A stretch of DNA of 39,975 nt, taken from sequence record SRR20825010_3006. One strand, given 5' to 3'. This document shows, in pieces, positions 25,932 to 35,684 of this stretch (position 1 is the first letter of the stretch; every line of letters starts with the position of its first letter). The notes under the pieces are model-generated. The model ran no database searches. It worked only from the letters and a program-made list of their open reading frames with translations, and was not told where the DNA came from. The position numbers and the translations under genes are program-made.

Positions 25932-28524
25932 TGCCGGGCTCTAGAACCGCGATGGCGCTGTCCAGTCGCGCCTTGACCGCGGCGGACACGGGGGCTGGGT
26001 GCTGTTTGAGAAGCCGCTGCATTTCTTCACGGGCATCAAACTGCTGCTGCTTCATGGCGCTGGGGAGTTGCTCCAGCTGCCATTGCAAGCGGCGCTGGCG
26101 CTCCGGTTCCGGGCTGGGCACGCCGGCGAGGGCTTCAAAGGCCACAGCCAGGGTCAGGGCGGTATCAGCAGTTGTGTCACTGTCTGACTCGTCAGACGAT
26201 CCGGTACTTTCCGGCAGGGCAGCAACGGCGTCACGCAGCTGCTGCCACTGCTGCCAACGGCCAAGTTGTTGGAGCCGCTCGCTGGCGCGCCGCTTCAGCT
26301 GCTGCGCTTTGCGAACCAGCGGCTGGGGCTGATTGCCATCCAGGTGTTCGTCCACGCTAGCGGCTGCATTGCGCAGGTTGTTAGCCGTGTCATCGCTGAA
26401 TGGCTGCGCCAGAGACTCCTCCAGTGCTTCAATGTGTGCTGTTAGCCGTTGGCTGGCCTCCGCCTGCTGCTCGCGCCGGGCAGCGATATCCCGATTGCGG
26501 GCATCGAACAGCGCATCCATGGTTTTGCGGAACGGTTTCTGAAGCGCACGGTGCTGACTCGGTGGCAGCCAGGCGGATTGCCTCCAGCGTTTCTGGATCG
26601 CCTGCGCTTCACGCGTGGCTTGCTGGGCATCGTCCAGTTCTGTTAGGGCGCGGGCCTGGTCCAGCAATTGCTGGCGCTCGCTTTCGGCTTTTTCAATATA
26701 GGTATTCAATTGTTCGTCGAGCCGGGTGAGCAGGGATGAAAACTGTTTCTGCACATCCCGCCCATCGGTGAACCGGATCGGCTGCAGGGCTTTCCAGTCT
26801 TTCGGGGCCTGTTGACGAATCTGCCAGACACCGTGCCAGTCAGCCGTTTCCCAGTTTTGCGCGGCGATAAAGCCTTCCAGTTGCTGGCACAGCGCCCGGC
26901 GCTTTTCCAGGTTGCGGGCCTTGATTGCGTCCAGTTCGGCAAAGTGTGCATGGCAAGGCTCATAGGCCTGGTCGGAGGCCTCTTTGAAGCGTGCCCACAA
27001 AGCCTGATCCTCGCCCTGGTCCGAACTCATCAGGGCACGCCATTCGTCATGGAGAGCCTGGATGGCAGTGGCCAATTCCGGGGCGTCCATGCTGGTGTCC
27101 TTAAGCGCCTCCATGCTTTCGCACAACGCTACTTTTTTGGGCTCCGCGGCAAAACGGTGCCAGTCCTGCAGTTCAGCGCGGCGCGGCGCAAGTTTGGACA
27201 GTTCAGCGTCGAGGAGGGCGTCACCGTCGCTCTCGATGATGGATTGGGCCTTGTGCCAAAGGCGATTGGCATGGCGAAGATTGCCTTGGCGAAGCTCCCG
27301 CTTCAGGGCAACCAGTAGCCCCCGATGGGGTTGGGCAGGTTGTGATGGCCGGGTTTCTTTTGTTGTGTTTGCATCAGCGGCTTCGGTCTTTTGGCTGCGT
27401 AGCGCCACTAACGCTGAGGGTGGCTGATATTCGTCTGGCCAACGCTCGGCCAGCTCGGCTAGCGCGTCCGGTGATTCTGCCGCATTGATATCGGCCGCCA
27501 GGGCCAGCAGCTGCTCAAACGCTGTTACCAGGTCGTTGAAAGCCAGTCGGTCTTCATCGAAGGCCTGCGATTGCTCATCGGCGCCGTCCCAGCGGCGGCG
27601 CTGGGTGGCCAGGGCGGAGCGCATTTCGCCCAGCTGATGATCCCAGGTTTCCGGTGTCGCCTGACTCAAGAGTTGATACAAACTGTGCGCGGCCGCTTCC
27701 CGCTCGGCTTTTGCGGTTTCTGCCAGAGCTTGTTGGCGAGTCTGTTCCTGCAATTCGGCGAGCTGATTACGGCACTGGTGAAGTGCTTGCTGCACACGGG
27801 AGGCCAGATCCGGTGTTGCCTGGCGTGTCAGTTGCTGCCACTGCTGCTCCAGCTGTTCCAGCTGCGGCCCGTACAGAGCATCCACGCGGCGGCGCGCGTG
27901 TTGTTCGAGGCGGTCCGCGAGATGATAGACCTTGGCGGTTTCCTGTTCATTCTGTTGCTGCTGTTGCTGTAGTGCTCGGGCCTGGTCACGTGCCAGGCGG
28001 GTGACGCGCTTGTCGCGGCCCTCCTTTCCCAGGCGCTTCAGCAGGGAAAGGGAGGCGATATTCTGTACCGAGGCGACACGCAGCGCTTCAGTGGGGGCAT
28101 CCAGTGCCAGCTGATAAAGCACGCCCTCATCCTTGAGACGCTCAATGGCGGCCATGCGGCTGTGCATATCCGGGCTGTGGCTGGCTACATGAGCAAGTAC
28201 GTTTTCGTTACCCGTGAGTCGAATCAGGCGCAAGCGGGTGTCGCTATTGGGGGCGTCATCGGTGGTGCCGGCGAGGAGGGCCATGATGCGCATGGAGGCG
28301 GCTTCGCGAACGGAAGGCGCTTCATCACGCTGGTGTACTTCGTCCAGCGCAGCAAAATCCGTGAGGCGGCCAGTGGCAGCTGCGCGGACCAACGCGCTGG
28401 CATCCCCCCGCGCCAGCTGATTCAGCAGGGTCGCGTCCTCGCAGAGATCCAGTTGCTCAACGGCTTTGAGGCGAATATCGGGGTTGGCGTGTTGCCAGCG
28501 GGGTTTCAGAAATCGGCCAAACAT
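25924..28524 (-). CDS. DUF349-domain protein with N-terminal HEAT-like repeats
   Basis: KPRWQH..P..R..A start; repeated K..LC...E.L....W..........W...LW.RF units; ATG at 28524. Confidence 0.8.
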   Translation of the reverse strand: MFGRFLKPRWQHANPDIRLKAVEQLDLCEDATLLNQLARGDASALVRAAATGRLTDFAALDEVHQRDEAPSVREAASMRIMALLAGTTDDAPNSDTRLRLIRLTGNENVLAHVASHSPDMHSRMAAIERLKDEGVLYQLALDAPTEALRVASVQNIASLSLLKRLGKEGRDKRVTRLARDQARALQQQQQQNEQETAKVYHLADRLEQHARRRVDALYGPQLEQLEQQWQQLTRQATPDLASRVQQALHQCRNQLAELQEQTRQQALAETAKAEREAAAHSLYQLLSQATPETWDHQLGEMRSALATQRRRWDGADEQSQAFDEDRLAFNDLVTAFEQLLALAADINAAESPDALAELAERWPDEYQPPSALVALRSQKTEAADANTTKETRPSQPAQPHRGLLVALKRELRQGNLRHANRLWHKAQSIIESDGDALLDAELSKLAPRRAELQDWHRFAAEPKKVALCESMEALKDTSMDAPELATAIQALHDEWRALMSSDQGEDQALWARFKEASDQAYEPCHAHFAELDAIKARNLEKRRALCQQLEGFIAAQNWETADWHGVWQIRQQAPKDWKALQPIRFTDGRDVQKQFSSLLTRLDEQLNTYIEKAESERQQLLDQARALTELDDAQQATREAQAIQKRWRQSAWLPPSQHRALQKPFRKTMDALFDARNRDIAARREQQAEASQRLTAHIEALEESLAQPFSDDTANNLRNAAASVDEHLDGNQPQPLVRKAQQLKRRASERLQQLGRWQQWQQLRDAVAALPESTGSSDESDSDTTADTALTLAVAFEALAGVPSPEPERQRRLQWQLEQLPSAMKQQQFDAREEMQRLLKQHPAPVSAAVKARLDSAIAVLEPGNA

Positions 28525-28587
28525 AACAAGTCTCAAAAATGCGCAAATGCCCGACGCTTGAGGCACGACGCCATGATGATGCTTGTG

Positions 28588-28615
28588 TCAGGCGTCCGGC
28601 GTCAGGCGTCCGGCG
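28588..28615. repeat. Heptamer tandem repeat (TCMGGCG)x4
   Basis: TCAGGCG TCCGGCG TCAGGCG TCCGGCG spans the acyltransferase stop; a degenerate inverted copy lies at about 28550-28561. Confidence 0.7.
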
Positions 28616-29496
28616 TTCTTTTTGTCGAGTAATGCGTCCTTGTCTTCCCAGAGTTCGCCAATCCATTGCTGAAAACGGGCGCGGAATTCCGCGTCATCTT
28701 CGTAGTTGCCCTCTGAGGCCCAGGCCGGAATAACACGCTGCTGCACAACGATTTCCACCTCGTCCATGGCACCACCAAGAAAGGCCATCAGCGAGCGAGG
28801 TGTGCCCGGGGGATAGATAATGGTCACATCAAGCAGATTTCGCAAATGCCCGGACATGGCATTCAGGGTAAAGGCGGCACCACCTGCCTTGGGTTTCAAC
28901 AAATGTTTATACGGTGAGCCTTGTTTGGCGTGCTTTTGCGCGTCAAAGCGGGTGCCTTCAAAGAAATTCATCACCGAGGTCGGAAAGTAGGCAAACTTCT
29001 CGCAGGCTTTGCGGGTGGTTTCCAGATCCTTGCCTTTCAGTGAAGGCGTTTTTTCCAGCTCAGCCTTGGTGTAGCGCTTCATGAAGGGGAAATCCAGTGC
29101 CCACCAGGCGAGTCCAAGCAAAGGAACCTTGATCAGTTCCTGTTTCAGGAAAAACTTGAGGAAGGGGATGCGGCGATTGGAGATACGTTGCAAGACCAGA
29201 ATGTCAGCCCAGGACTGGTGGTTGCAGGTCACCAGATACCATTGGTCTTTGCTCAATGTGTCCATGCCGCTGATGCGCCATTTGATCTGGCTGGTCAGGG
29301 CGATGATGGCGTTGTTATTGCCAATCCAGGTTTCCGCAATGACAACAAGGATTCGGGACAGAACGACTTGCGCCTTCTCAAATCGAAGCACCAGCCGCAG
29401 CAGGGCGAAGGCGTAAAGTGGCAGACAGAGGAGCAGGGTGTTGATCAGCATGCCTAGCAGGGCGAGGGCGCCCCGGATCTTGTGCCAAATGGTCAT
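28588..29496 (-). CDS. yihG: PlsC-superfamily acyltransferase (YihG-like)
   Basis: CNHQSWAD, KFFLKQEL, WWALDFPFMKRY, FFEGTRF, LLKPKAGG. Confidence 0.85.
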   Translation of the reverse strand: MTIWHKIRGALALLGMLINTLLLCLPLYAFALLRLVLRFEKAQVVLSRILVVIAETWIGNNNAIIALTSQIKWRISGMDTLSKDQWYLVTCNHQSWADILVLQRISNRRIPFLKFFLKQELIKVPLLGLAWWALDFPFMKRYTKAELEKTPSLKGKDLETTRKACEKFAYFPTSVMNFFEGTRFDAQKHAKQGSPYKHLLKPKAGGAAFTLNAMSGHLRNLLDVTIIYPPGTPRSLMAFLGGAMDEVEIVVQQRVIPAWASEGNYEDDAEFRARFQQWIGELWEDKDALLDKKNAGRLTPDA

Positions 29497-29630
29497 AGCG
29501 CGATTCGTTCAGTCAACGTAAACGGGCATGCTACCCAAAGGTAAACGCCTTGTCCCGTGTCCGTTTCGGTCAGATTGCCGTTTATCATTGCAGGATTCCG
29601 CAAATGATTTCATGTCGCTATGCTGCTGGT

Positions 29631-30755
29631 ATGCGCACTGTGGAACGATGTTTGTTGGGCTTATTACTTGTGTGTTCGGTATCCGGACTGCTGCTGCCGG
29701 CTTACGCCCGGAGCGCTCCGCAAACACCCAGTGAAAGTGACCGGGGGCTAAATGCGACGGTTTCTGGTGAGCAAGCGTCGATCGCCACGGATAACTCCCC
29801 CGACGCAGATCTGGAAGGGCCGCCCAGGCCGTTTCATCCCAACCCCTGCGGGCATCTTTCCGGTGAGGCCGGGTGGGTCGACAGGACCCATGACTGGATG
29901 TCCCGGACCGTGTGTGGCCCTACCCGGTGGGTCGATGGCTTCTTTATCGGCCCTAATGAAATTGATACAGAACAACCCGGTACCCAGCTGCGCATTATTG
30001 GCGCCAGCCGTTGGCAGGATAACGATGACGATGGCAGCGAGGTAAAGGTACGCGCCAGGGTCGAACTGCCTAACGCCCAGGAACGGCTGAGCCTGCTTTT
30101 TCAGAATGACGATGATGTCGATGATGAGCTGCGTAATGATCTGGATAGTCGCCCGGAAGAGGTGGGCAATGATTCCGGTGGTTTCCGCACTGCCTTGCGC
30201 TGGGTGACCAAAATGCCGGACCGCATGAATCTGGATCTGGATGCCGGGCTGCGCTCTGAGTTTACGACCTTTTTACGTGCCCGCTATCGCTGGTATACGC
30301 CCTTGCCGGGAGGGAAAACTTACTTCCGGTTTACCCAGAAAGGTTACTGGGAGGACCCGGAAGGGTTTGGGATTAACTCCCTGTTCGAGCTGGATCGCCC
30401 GCTGACGCAGTTATCGACCGTTCGTTTCAGTAGTGAATACGAATTGACTGAAGAGAATAACGCGCTGAACCGGGACTGGTATTTCAATCAGACGGTCAGT
30501 CTCTACACCCGGCTGGGCAAGCAATCGGGCATCGGTTATTCGGTGGGCTTTGACGGTTTTACGGATCCCGTCGCTGCCATCGAAACCTGGCGCACCAGTG
30601 TGCGTTTTCGGCGCAGCGTCTGGCGTCCCTGGTTTTTTTATGAAATCGAACCCTATGTGTTCTGGCCCCGCTCGCTGGGCTACGAGGGCATCACCGGGAT
30701 TGTGCTCAGGCTGGAGGTTCAGGCAGGTTTGCCCGTGTGGGAATATCCAGAATAG
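29631..30755 (+). CDS. Hypothetical exported protein, probable outer-membrane beta-barrel
   Basis: Signal peptide; alternating aromatic beta-strand pattern in the C-terminal two-thirds (RARYRWY, FRRSVWRPWFFYEIEPYVFW). Confidence 0.6.
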   Translation: MRTVERCLLGLLLVCSVSGLLLPAYARSAPQTPSESDRGLNATVSGEQASIATDNSPDADLEGPPRPFHPNPCGHLSGEAGWVDRTHDWMSRTVCGPTRWVDGFFIGPNEIDTEQPGTQLRIIGASRWQDNDDDGSEVKVRARVELPNAQERLSLLFQNDDDVDDELRNDLDSRPEEVGNDSGGFRTALRWVTKMPDRMNLDLDAGLRSEFTTFLRARYRWYTPLPGGKTYFRFTQKGYWEDPEGFGINSLFELDRPLTQLSTVRFSSEYELTEENNALNRDWYFNQTVSLYTRLGKQSGIGYSVGFDGFTDPVAAIETWRTSVRFRRSVWRPWFFYEIEPYVFWPRSLGYEGITGIVLRLEVQAGLPVWEYPE

Positions 30756-30772
30756 GGAGAAGAGCAGGGAGG

Positions 30773-30797
30773 TGCGGCCCGGGCTGCCCGGGCCGCA
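30773..30797. terminator. GC-rich hairpin between convergent genes
   Basis: TGCGGCCCGGG-CTG-CCCGGGCCGCA. Confidence 0.65.
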
Positions 30798-30802
30798 TTG
30801 AA

Positions 30803-31465
30803 CTAGTTGGCCCAGCCGCCTCGCTGGCGACGGCCGGAACGGGAGCGCATCAATACGCCGGCAATCAAGCCGATAACCAAAATGCCGACACCGGTGATCC
30901 ATTGCTGGGAGGTATTATTGTTGCGCAGCATCACGTTCTCGCCTTTGACCTGATCCAGCTCGGAACGCAGCAGGCTCAACTCTTCATTGAGGCGACGGTT
31001 GGCCTGGTCCAGGCGTATAGGGTCAGAGGCGACCTCCTGAAGCTGCTCCAGCTCATTGCTTCGTGAGCTGAGGGAGTTTTTCAGCTCACTGGATTGCTCG
31101 GACAAAGCATCACGCTCACCCTTGATTTCGGCGAGCTGGGTGCGCAGCTTGGCCACTTCCGCCTTGGCCTTTTCGCTGGCCTGGGTGGCGCGCTCCAGGC
31201 GAATCTCTGCGGTAGGGCTTTGGCTCAGGTACTGCTTGCCAATATAGCCTTCGGTATCGCCATAGCGAATCTTCGCCCAGTCACCCTCGAAACCGAGAAA
31301 TTCAATGCGGGTGCCACTTTTAATCCCGCGGTGCAGGATGCGGCCGCTGGGATTGGCGGCGGCACGAATCGGCACATAAATACTGTCATCTACCCATGCC
31401 GCAGCAGCGAGGGCGGTGCTGGATGCACTCAGCAATGCCAGTACACAGAATAATCTAGCGAGCAT
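30803..31465 (-). CDS. ygiM: SH3-domain membrane protein (YgiM/HtrG-like)
   Basis: Signal peptide, SH3b domain (WVDDSIYVPIR...EGYIGKQYL), coiled coil, C-terminal TM helix and basic tail ending GGW. Confidence 0.85.
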   Translation of the reverse strand: MLARLFCVLALLSASSTALAAAAWVDDSIYVPIRAAANPSGRILHRGIKSGTRIEFLGFEGDWAKIRYGDTEGYIGKQYLSQSPTAEIRLERATQASEKAKAEVAKLRTQLAEIKGERDALSEQSSELKNSLSSRSNELEQLQEVASDPIRLDQANRRLNEELSLLRSELDQVKGENVMLRNNNTSQQWITGVGILVIGLIAGVLMRSRSGRRQRGGWAN

Positions 31466-31564
31466 CAGTTACTCCTTGAAGTCAGGCCGCGCAGTCTAAA
31501 GAAGTCATACCGGTAGGGGCGCTACGATAGTCACATTTCGCCGCGTGAGCCGTGGTGTCTTTGT

Positions 31565-31584
31565 AAAAAATGGCAAATTGCCAT
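31565..31584 (-). terminator. Probable terminator of yciB-yciI
   Basis: Minus strand ATGGCA-ATT-TGCCAT followed by a T run. Confidence 0.5.
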
Positions 31585-31612
31585 GATCGCCGCCTGCCAT
31601 GGCCGGCTACTT

Positions 31613-31912
31613 TCAGGGCAGTACGCGCTTGAACGGTTTCACCGTGACATTGGCGTACACGCCGGCATCAATATACGGATCCGCATCTGCCCAGGCCTGG
31701 GCGTCACCCAGGGATTGGAATTCGGCAATGACCAGTGAACCGGTAAAGCCGGCAGGGCCGGGGTCGTCGCTATCGATCGCGGGATGTGGGCCAGCCAGTT
31801 GCAGGCGCCCTTGGTCACGAAGGGCTTCCAGGCGCGCCAAGTGCGCGGGGCGAGCCTGTTTGCGTAACGGCAAGGAGTCAGGGACATCTTCACTGATGAT
31901 CGCGTACAGCAT
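31613..31912 (-). CDS. yciI: YciI-family protein
   Basis: [33 protein letters not shown]; start MLYAII at 31912 (or 31918). Confidence 0.93.
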   Translation of the reverse strand: MLYAIISEDVPDSLPLRKQARPAHLARLEALRDQGRLQLAGPHPAIDSDDPGPAGFTGSLVIAEFQSLGDAQAWADADPYIDAGVYANVTVKPFKRVLP

Positions 31913-32552
31913 GGTCATCCTTTTTTTCGTTGTCGGTGGGGGGCTTTTCAGTGCTGGCCTCAGCGCTGTCCTGTTTCATGATGCGTTTGCGATCTTCTTC
32001 AGGCATTTTCTTAAAAACATACGCGAAAACACTGATATAAAAGATCATTTGCAGAGCGGTAAAGCCGAATAGTTTAAAGTTTACCCAGAAATCAGTGCTG
32101 AAATTGAACGCGATGTAGAGGTTGAGCGCGCCGATAAAGGCAAAGTAGAGCACGAATGCGATATTCAGCAGCGCCCAGTCCCGACGCGACAGCGCCACCA
32201 CAAATCCGAAGCCGGAAACCATCAGTGATTCGCACAGCCGTTGCAGCAGGTTGCGTTCGCGTAGAAAGTGGCCAAGCAGCAAAATGCCACCCAGGGTGAA
32301 GCTGATAATGGAAGGGCGCCACTTGATAAAGACATCGTTCTGGAAAAACAGGGTCATGGAGCCGAAGATCAGGGTGATCACAAAGACGATCAGGTGCATT
32401 TTTTGCACCTTGCGCCAAATTAGCCAGCCGAGTGTGACCTGGGCAGTAGTGGCAATCAGGATGCCCCAGGTGGCCAGCATGATGTCTCGGCCGCCAAGAA
32501 AGTAGAGGCCAAAAAATACAATTACCGGAAGGTAATCAAACAGTTGCTTCAT
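31890..32552 (-). CDS. yciB: Inner-membrane protein YciB (IspZ)
   Basis: [26 protein letters not shown]. Confidence 0.9.
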   Translation of the reverse strand: MKQLFDYLPVIVFFGLYFLGGRDIMLATWGILIATTAQVTLGWLIWRKVQKMHLIVFVITLIFGSMTLFFQNDVFIKWRPSIISFTLGGILLLGHFLRERNLLQRLCESLMVSGFGFVVALSRRDWALLNIAFVLYFAFIGALNLYIAFNFSTDFWVNFKLFGFTALQMIFYISVFAYVFKKMPEEDRKRIMKQDSAEASTEKPPTDNEKKDDHAVRDHQ

Positions 32553-32777
32553 TTACAGCGCCTTATTTCGTGCCGGTCCAGTAGCCTGAAAAGGGTGCGG
32601 GAGCCGCACGGCCGACCATCCGCAGGGCAACGATGGTAACGGCAACAGGCGGGCAATTCACCCTGCCACCCTGCATTATTTTTTGCTTCATTGTGGTAGC
32701 GTAATCGACCCGTTTTCCACGAGACGGTTCCTGCGATGCCGCTGTTGCTTGCGAAATAACCTGATAGCCACCTTTAT

Positions 32778-33614
32778 ATGACCGTGTGTTTTGACCTGCA
32801 TTGCCACAGCCTGGCCTCTGATGGCGCCTTGTCGCCTACTGATTTGGTGGCGCGGGCGGCGGATTATGGCGTTACCCATCTGGCCTTGACCGACCACGAC
32901 ACCCTGCGCGGCCTGGATGAGGCCCGCCAGGCCGCGCAAGCGCACGGGATGACCCTGATTAACGGGATCGAGCTGTCGGTTCGGCACGAAAACCGTGAAT
33001 TCCACGTCCTGGGGTTATGGGTAGATGTGGCAGACCCGGTCTTGCAAGCCCGAGTCAGTGCCCAGAATGACGCCCGCATCAACCGCGCCAAGGAGATCGG
33101 TCGACGACTGGATCGGGCTGCCGGCTTGGCAAACAGCTACGAGCGAGCCTGTGAGTTGGCGGATAACGATGCGCCGGGCCGCCCTTGGTTTGCTAAACTG
33201 CTGGAAGAAGCAGGTCGGGTCCGCAACCACCGGCATGCCTTCAATCGTTTCCTTAAACAGGGTCAGTCGGCCTTTGTCGCCACGCCCTGGTGCACCCTCG
33301 AGGAAGGCATTGCCGCGATCCATGCCGCCGGCGGCACCGCGGTGCTGGCGCACCCCCATGCCTACAACATGACCCGCAAGCGCTTGCGGCACTTCCTGGG
33401 GCAGTTCAAGGCGGCAGGCGGAGATGGCCTGGAGGTGGCCATGCCTGGACTGACGCCCCATCAGCAGGCGCTACTGGACGAATGCTGGCAGCATTTCGAC
33501 TTGAAAGTGTCAGCTGGGTCCGATTTTCATTCCCCGGAACAGCGGTGGCTGGCACTGGGCCGGCTGCCGCCGGTGCCAGCCGGCGCCACGCCCGTGTGGG
33601 AAGGGCGCTACTGA
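32778..33614 (+). CDS. yciV: PHP-domain nuclease/phosphatase (YciV/TrpH/RNase AM-like)
   Basis: DLHCHSLASDG, LTDHDT, GIELS, VLAHP, GSDFH. Confidence 0.88.
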   Translation: MTVCFDLHCHSLASDGALSPTDLVARAADYGVTHLALTDHDTLRGLDEARQAAQAHGMTLINGIELSVRHENREFHVLGLWVDVADPVLQARVSAQNDARINRAKEIGRRLDRAAGLANSYERACELADNDAPGRPWFAKLLEEAGRVRNHRHAFNRFLKQGQSAFVATPWCTLEEGIAAIHAAGGTAVLAHPHAYNMTRKRLRHFLGQFKAAGGDGLEVAMPGLTPHQQALLDECWQHFDLKVSAGSDFHSPEQRWLALGRLPPVPAGATPVWEGRY

Positions 33615-33693
33615 AAGAGGCGCGCCCCTGATATCGGGTTTTATACGTAAAGCGGCTTGCACCGTTCCGTTGCGACGCTCAGAATTGCCAGCC

Positions 33694-34317
33694 ATGACTG
33701 AAACGCTATACATACACCCTGAAACCCCGCAGCCACGGCTGATTCGTCAAGCTGTGGAAGTGATACGTGGCGGCGGGCTGATTGCTTACCCTACAGACAC
33801 CACTTATGCGCTGGGATGCGGCATTGGTGAAAAAAATGCCCTGGATCGACTGATCCGCCTGCGCCAGCTGGACAAGAAGCATGAGTTCACGCTGCTGTGC
33901 CACGATCTGTCCGCCCTGGCGGTGTATGCCAAGGTCGATAATCCGGATTATCGCTTGCTCAAGGCCCACACCCCTGGGGCCTACACCTTCATTCTGCAGG
34001 GCACCACGGAAGTGCCGCGCCGATTGATGCACCCGAAAAAGCGCACTATTGGCATTCGCGTCCCTGACCATGCCATCTGTCAGGCACTGCTGGCCGAGCA
34101 CGGCGAGCCGATAATGACGTCGACTTGCCACCTGCCCAACGATGAGTTCCCGCTCACCGACCCCCAGGACGTACGTGATTTTCTGGAAAACCACGTGGAT
34201 TTGGTCATTGATGGCGGCTTTTGCGGCACCACCGAAACCACCGTAATCTCATTGTCTGAAGGTGAGGGGCCGGTGGTGGTGCGCGAAGGGGCAGGCCCAA
34301 TCGACGCCATCTATTAG
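33694..34317 (+). CDS. yciO: YciO (Sua5/YrdC family)
   Basis: IHPETPQPRLI, AYPTDTTYALGC, TPGAYTFIL, TIGIRVPD. Confidence 0.9.
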   Translation: MTETLYIHPETPQPRLIRQAVEVIRGGGLIAYPTDTTYALGCGIGEKNALDRLIRLRQLDKKHEFTLLCHDLSALAVYAKVDNPDYRLLKAHTPGAYTFILQGTTEVPRRLMHPKKRTIGIRVPDHAICQALLAEHGEPIMTSTCHLPNDEFPLTDPQDVRDFLENHVDLVIDGGFCGTTETTVISLSEGEGPVVVREGAGPIDAIY

Positions 34318-34390
34318 CCAAATTGCAGGGATTTGCTCAGGGTTTGATCAGACACTGACAAGTCGCTGTCCCTCACGGCGCGGTTCACCG

Positions 34391-34396
34391 TATAAT
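34391..34396 (+). promoter_or_regulatory. Sigma70 -10 element for trpS-scpA-scpB-rluB
   Basis: Perfect TATAAT about 60 nt upstream of the trpS start; no clear -35. Confidence 0.5.
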
Positions 34397-34457
34397 CGCG
34401 GGCTTTCCCCGCAGCATTCCCTAGGGAATGCCACCTATAGGGTATAAGGAGTTGGCT

Positions 34458-35672
34458 TTGAGTTCCGTGGTTCCCTCCCAGCGAGTTGTTTCCGGCATGC
34501 GCGCCACCGGCCGCCTGCATCTGGGGCATTACCATGGCGTGCTGAAAAACTGGGCGCGTCTGCAGCATGAGTTTGAGTGTTTCTTCTTTGTCGCAGACTG
34601 GCACGGACTCACCACCGAATACGAAAACCCGCACAAGATCGAGCAGCATGTCTGGGACCTGGTGATCGACTGGCTGGCCGCCGGTGTAAACCCGGGGTCT
34701 GCCACGCTGTTTATCCAGAGCCAGGTGCCGGAGCACGCGGAGCTGCATCTGCTGCTGTCGATGATGACACCACTGTCTTGGCTTGAACGGGTGCCGACCT
34801 ACAAGGATCAGCAGGAAAAGCTGCGCGAGAAAGACCTGAGCACCTATGGCTTTCTCGGTTATCCGCTGCTTCAGTCTGCTGATATTCTCGCCTACCGCGC
34901 AGGCCAGGTGCCGGTGGGGGCGGATCAGGTTGCCCATGTGGAGCTGACCCGGGAAGTGGCGCGTCGCTTCAATCATCTCTATGGCCGTGAACCGGGCTTT
35001 GAAGAAGCCGTGGATGCCGCCATCAAGAAGATGGGCAAGAAACAGTCCAAGATTTACCTGAACCACCGTCGCCAGTATCAGGAAAAAGGCGATGAAGCCG
35101 CACTGGAAACGGCGCGCGCACTGGTGGACGGGCAACAGAACATCACCCTGGGTGACAAGGAGCGCCTGCTGGGCGATCTGGAAGGCGGTGGTAAGGTGAT
35201 CCTTGCCGAGCCCCAGTCATTGCTTACCCAGGCGTCCAAGATGCCGGGGCTGGACGGTCAAAAAATGTCCAAATCCTACGGCAACTTTATCAGCATGCGT
35301 GAAGAGCCTGCGGATGTGGACAACAAGATTCGCCGCATGCCGACAGATCCGGCTCGGGTGCGCCGCACCGACGCGGGCAACCCGGATAACTGCCCGGTAT
35401 GGCAGTTTCACATGGTGTATTCTGACGAGACTACCCGGCAGTGGGTGCGTGAAGGTTGCACTAGTGCGGGGATCGGCTGCCTGGATTGCAAGAAGCCGAT
35501 CATCGAAGCGGTTCAGGAAGAGCTGGAGCCCATTCGCAAACGTGCGGAAGAACACCTGCGCAACCCGGATCTGGTTCGCACCATTGTGGCTGAAGGGTGC
35601 GAGGAAGCACGCGAAGCCGCCCGCGCCACATTGGAAGAAGTGCGCGCAGCCATGGGCCTGAATTACCGCTAG
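34458..35672 (+). CDS. trpS: Tryptophan--tRNA ligase
   Basis: SGMRATGRLHLGH, YPLLQSADIL, VPVGADQ, KMSKS; TTG start after AAGGAG. Confidence 0.95.
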   Translation: MSSVVPSQRVVSGMRATGRLHLGHYHGVLKNWARLQHEFECFFFVADWHGLTTEYENPHKIEQHVWDLVIDWLAAGVNPGSATLFIQSQVPEHAELHLLLSMMTPLSWLERVPTYKDQQEKLREKDLSTYGFLGYPLLQSADILAYRAGQVPVGADQVAHVELTREVARRFNHLYGREPGFEEAVDAAIKKMGKKQSKIYLNHRRQYQEKGDEAALETARALVDGQQNITLGDKERLLGDLEGGGKVILAEPQSLLTQASKMPGLDGQKMSKSYGNFISMREEPADVDNKIRRMPTDPARVRRTDAGNPDNCPVWQFHMVYSDETTRQWVREGCTSAGIGCLDCKKPIIEAVQEELEPIRKRAEEHLRNPDLVRTIVAEGCEEAREAARATLEEVRAAMGLNYR

Positions 35673-35684
35673 GCGGAGCAGAGC

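Noticed and set aside
27947-27969. CAG/CAA-type triplet run in DUF349
   Set aside because: Short imperfect poly-Gln in a coiled coil; in-frame, not a phase-variable tract.
34980-35200. Insertion in TrpS relative to short bacterial TrpRS
   Set aside because: In frame, no intein or intron hallmarks; resembles the long TrpRS form of many proteobacteria.
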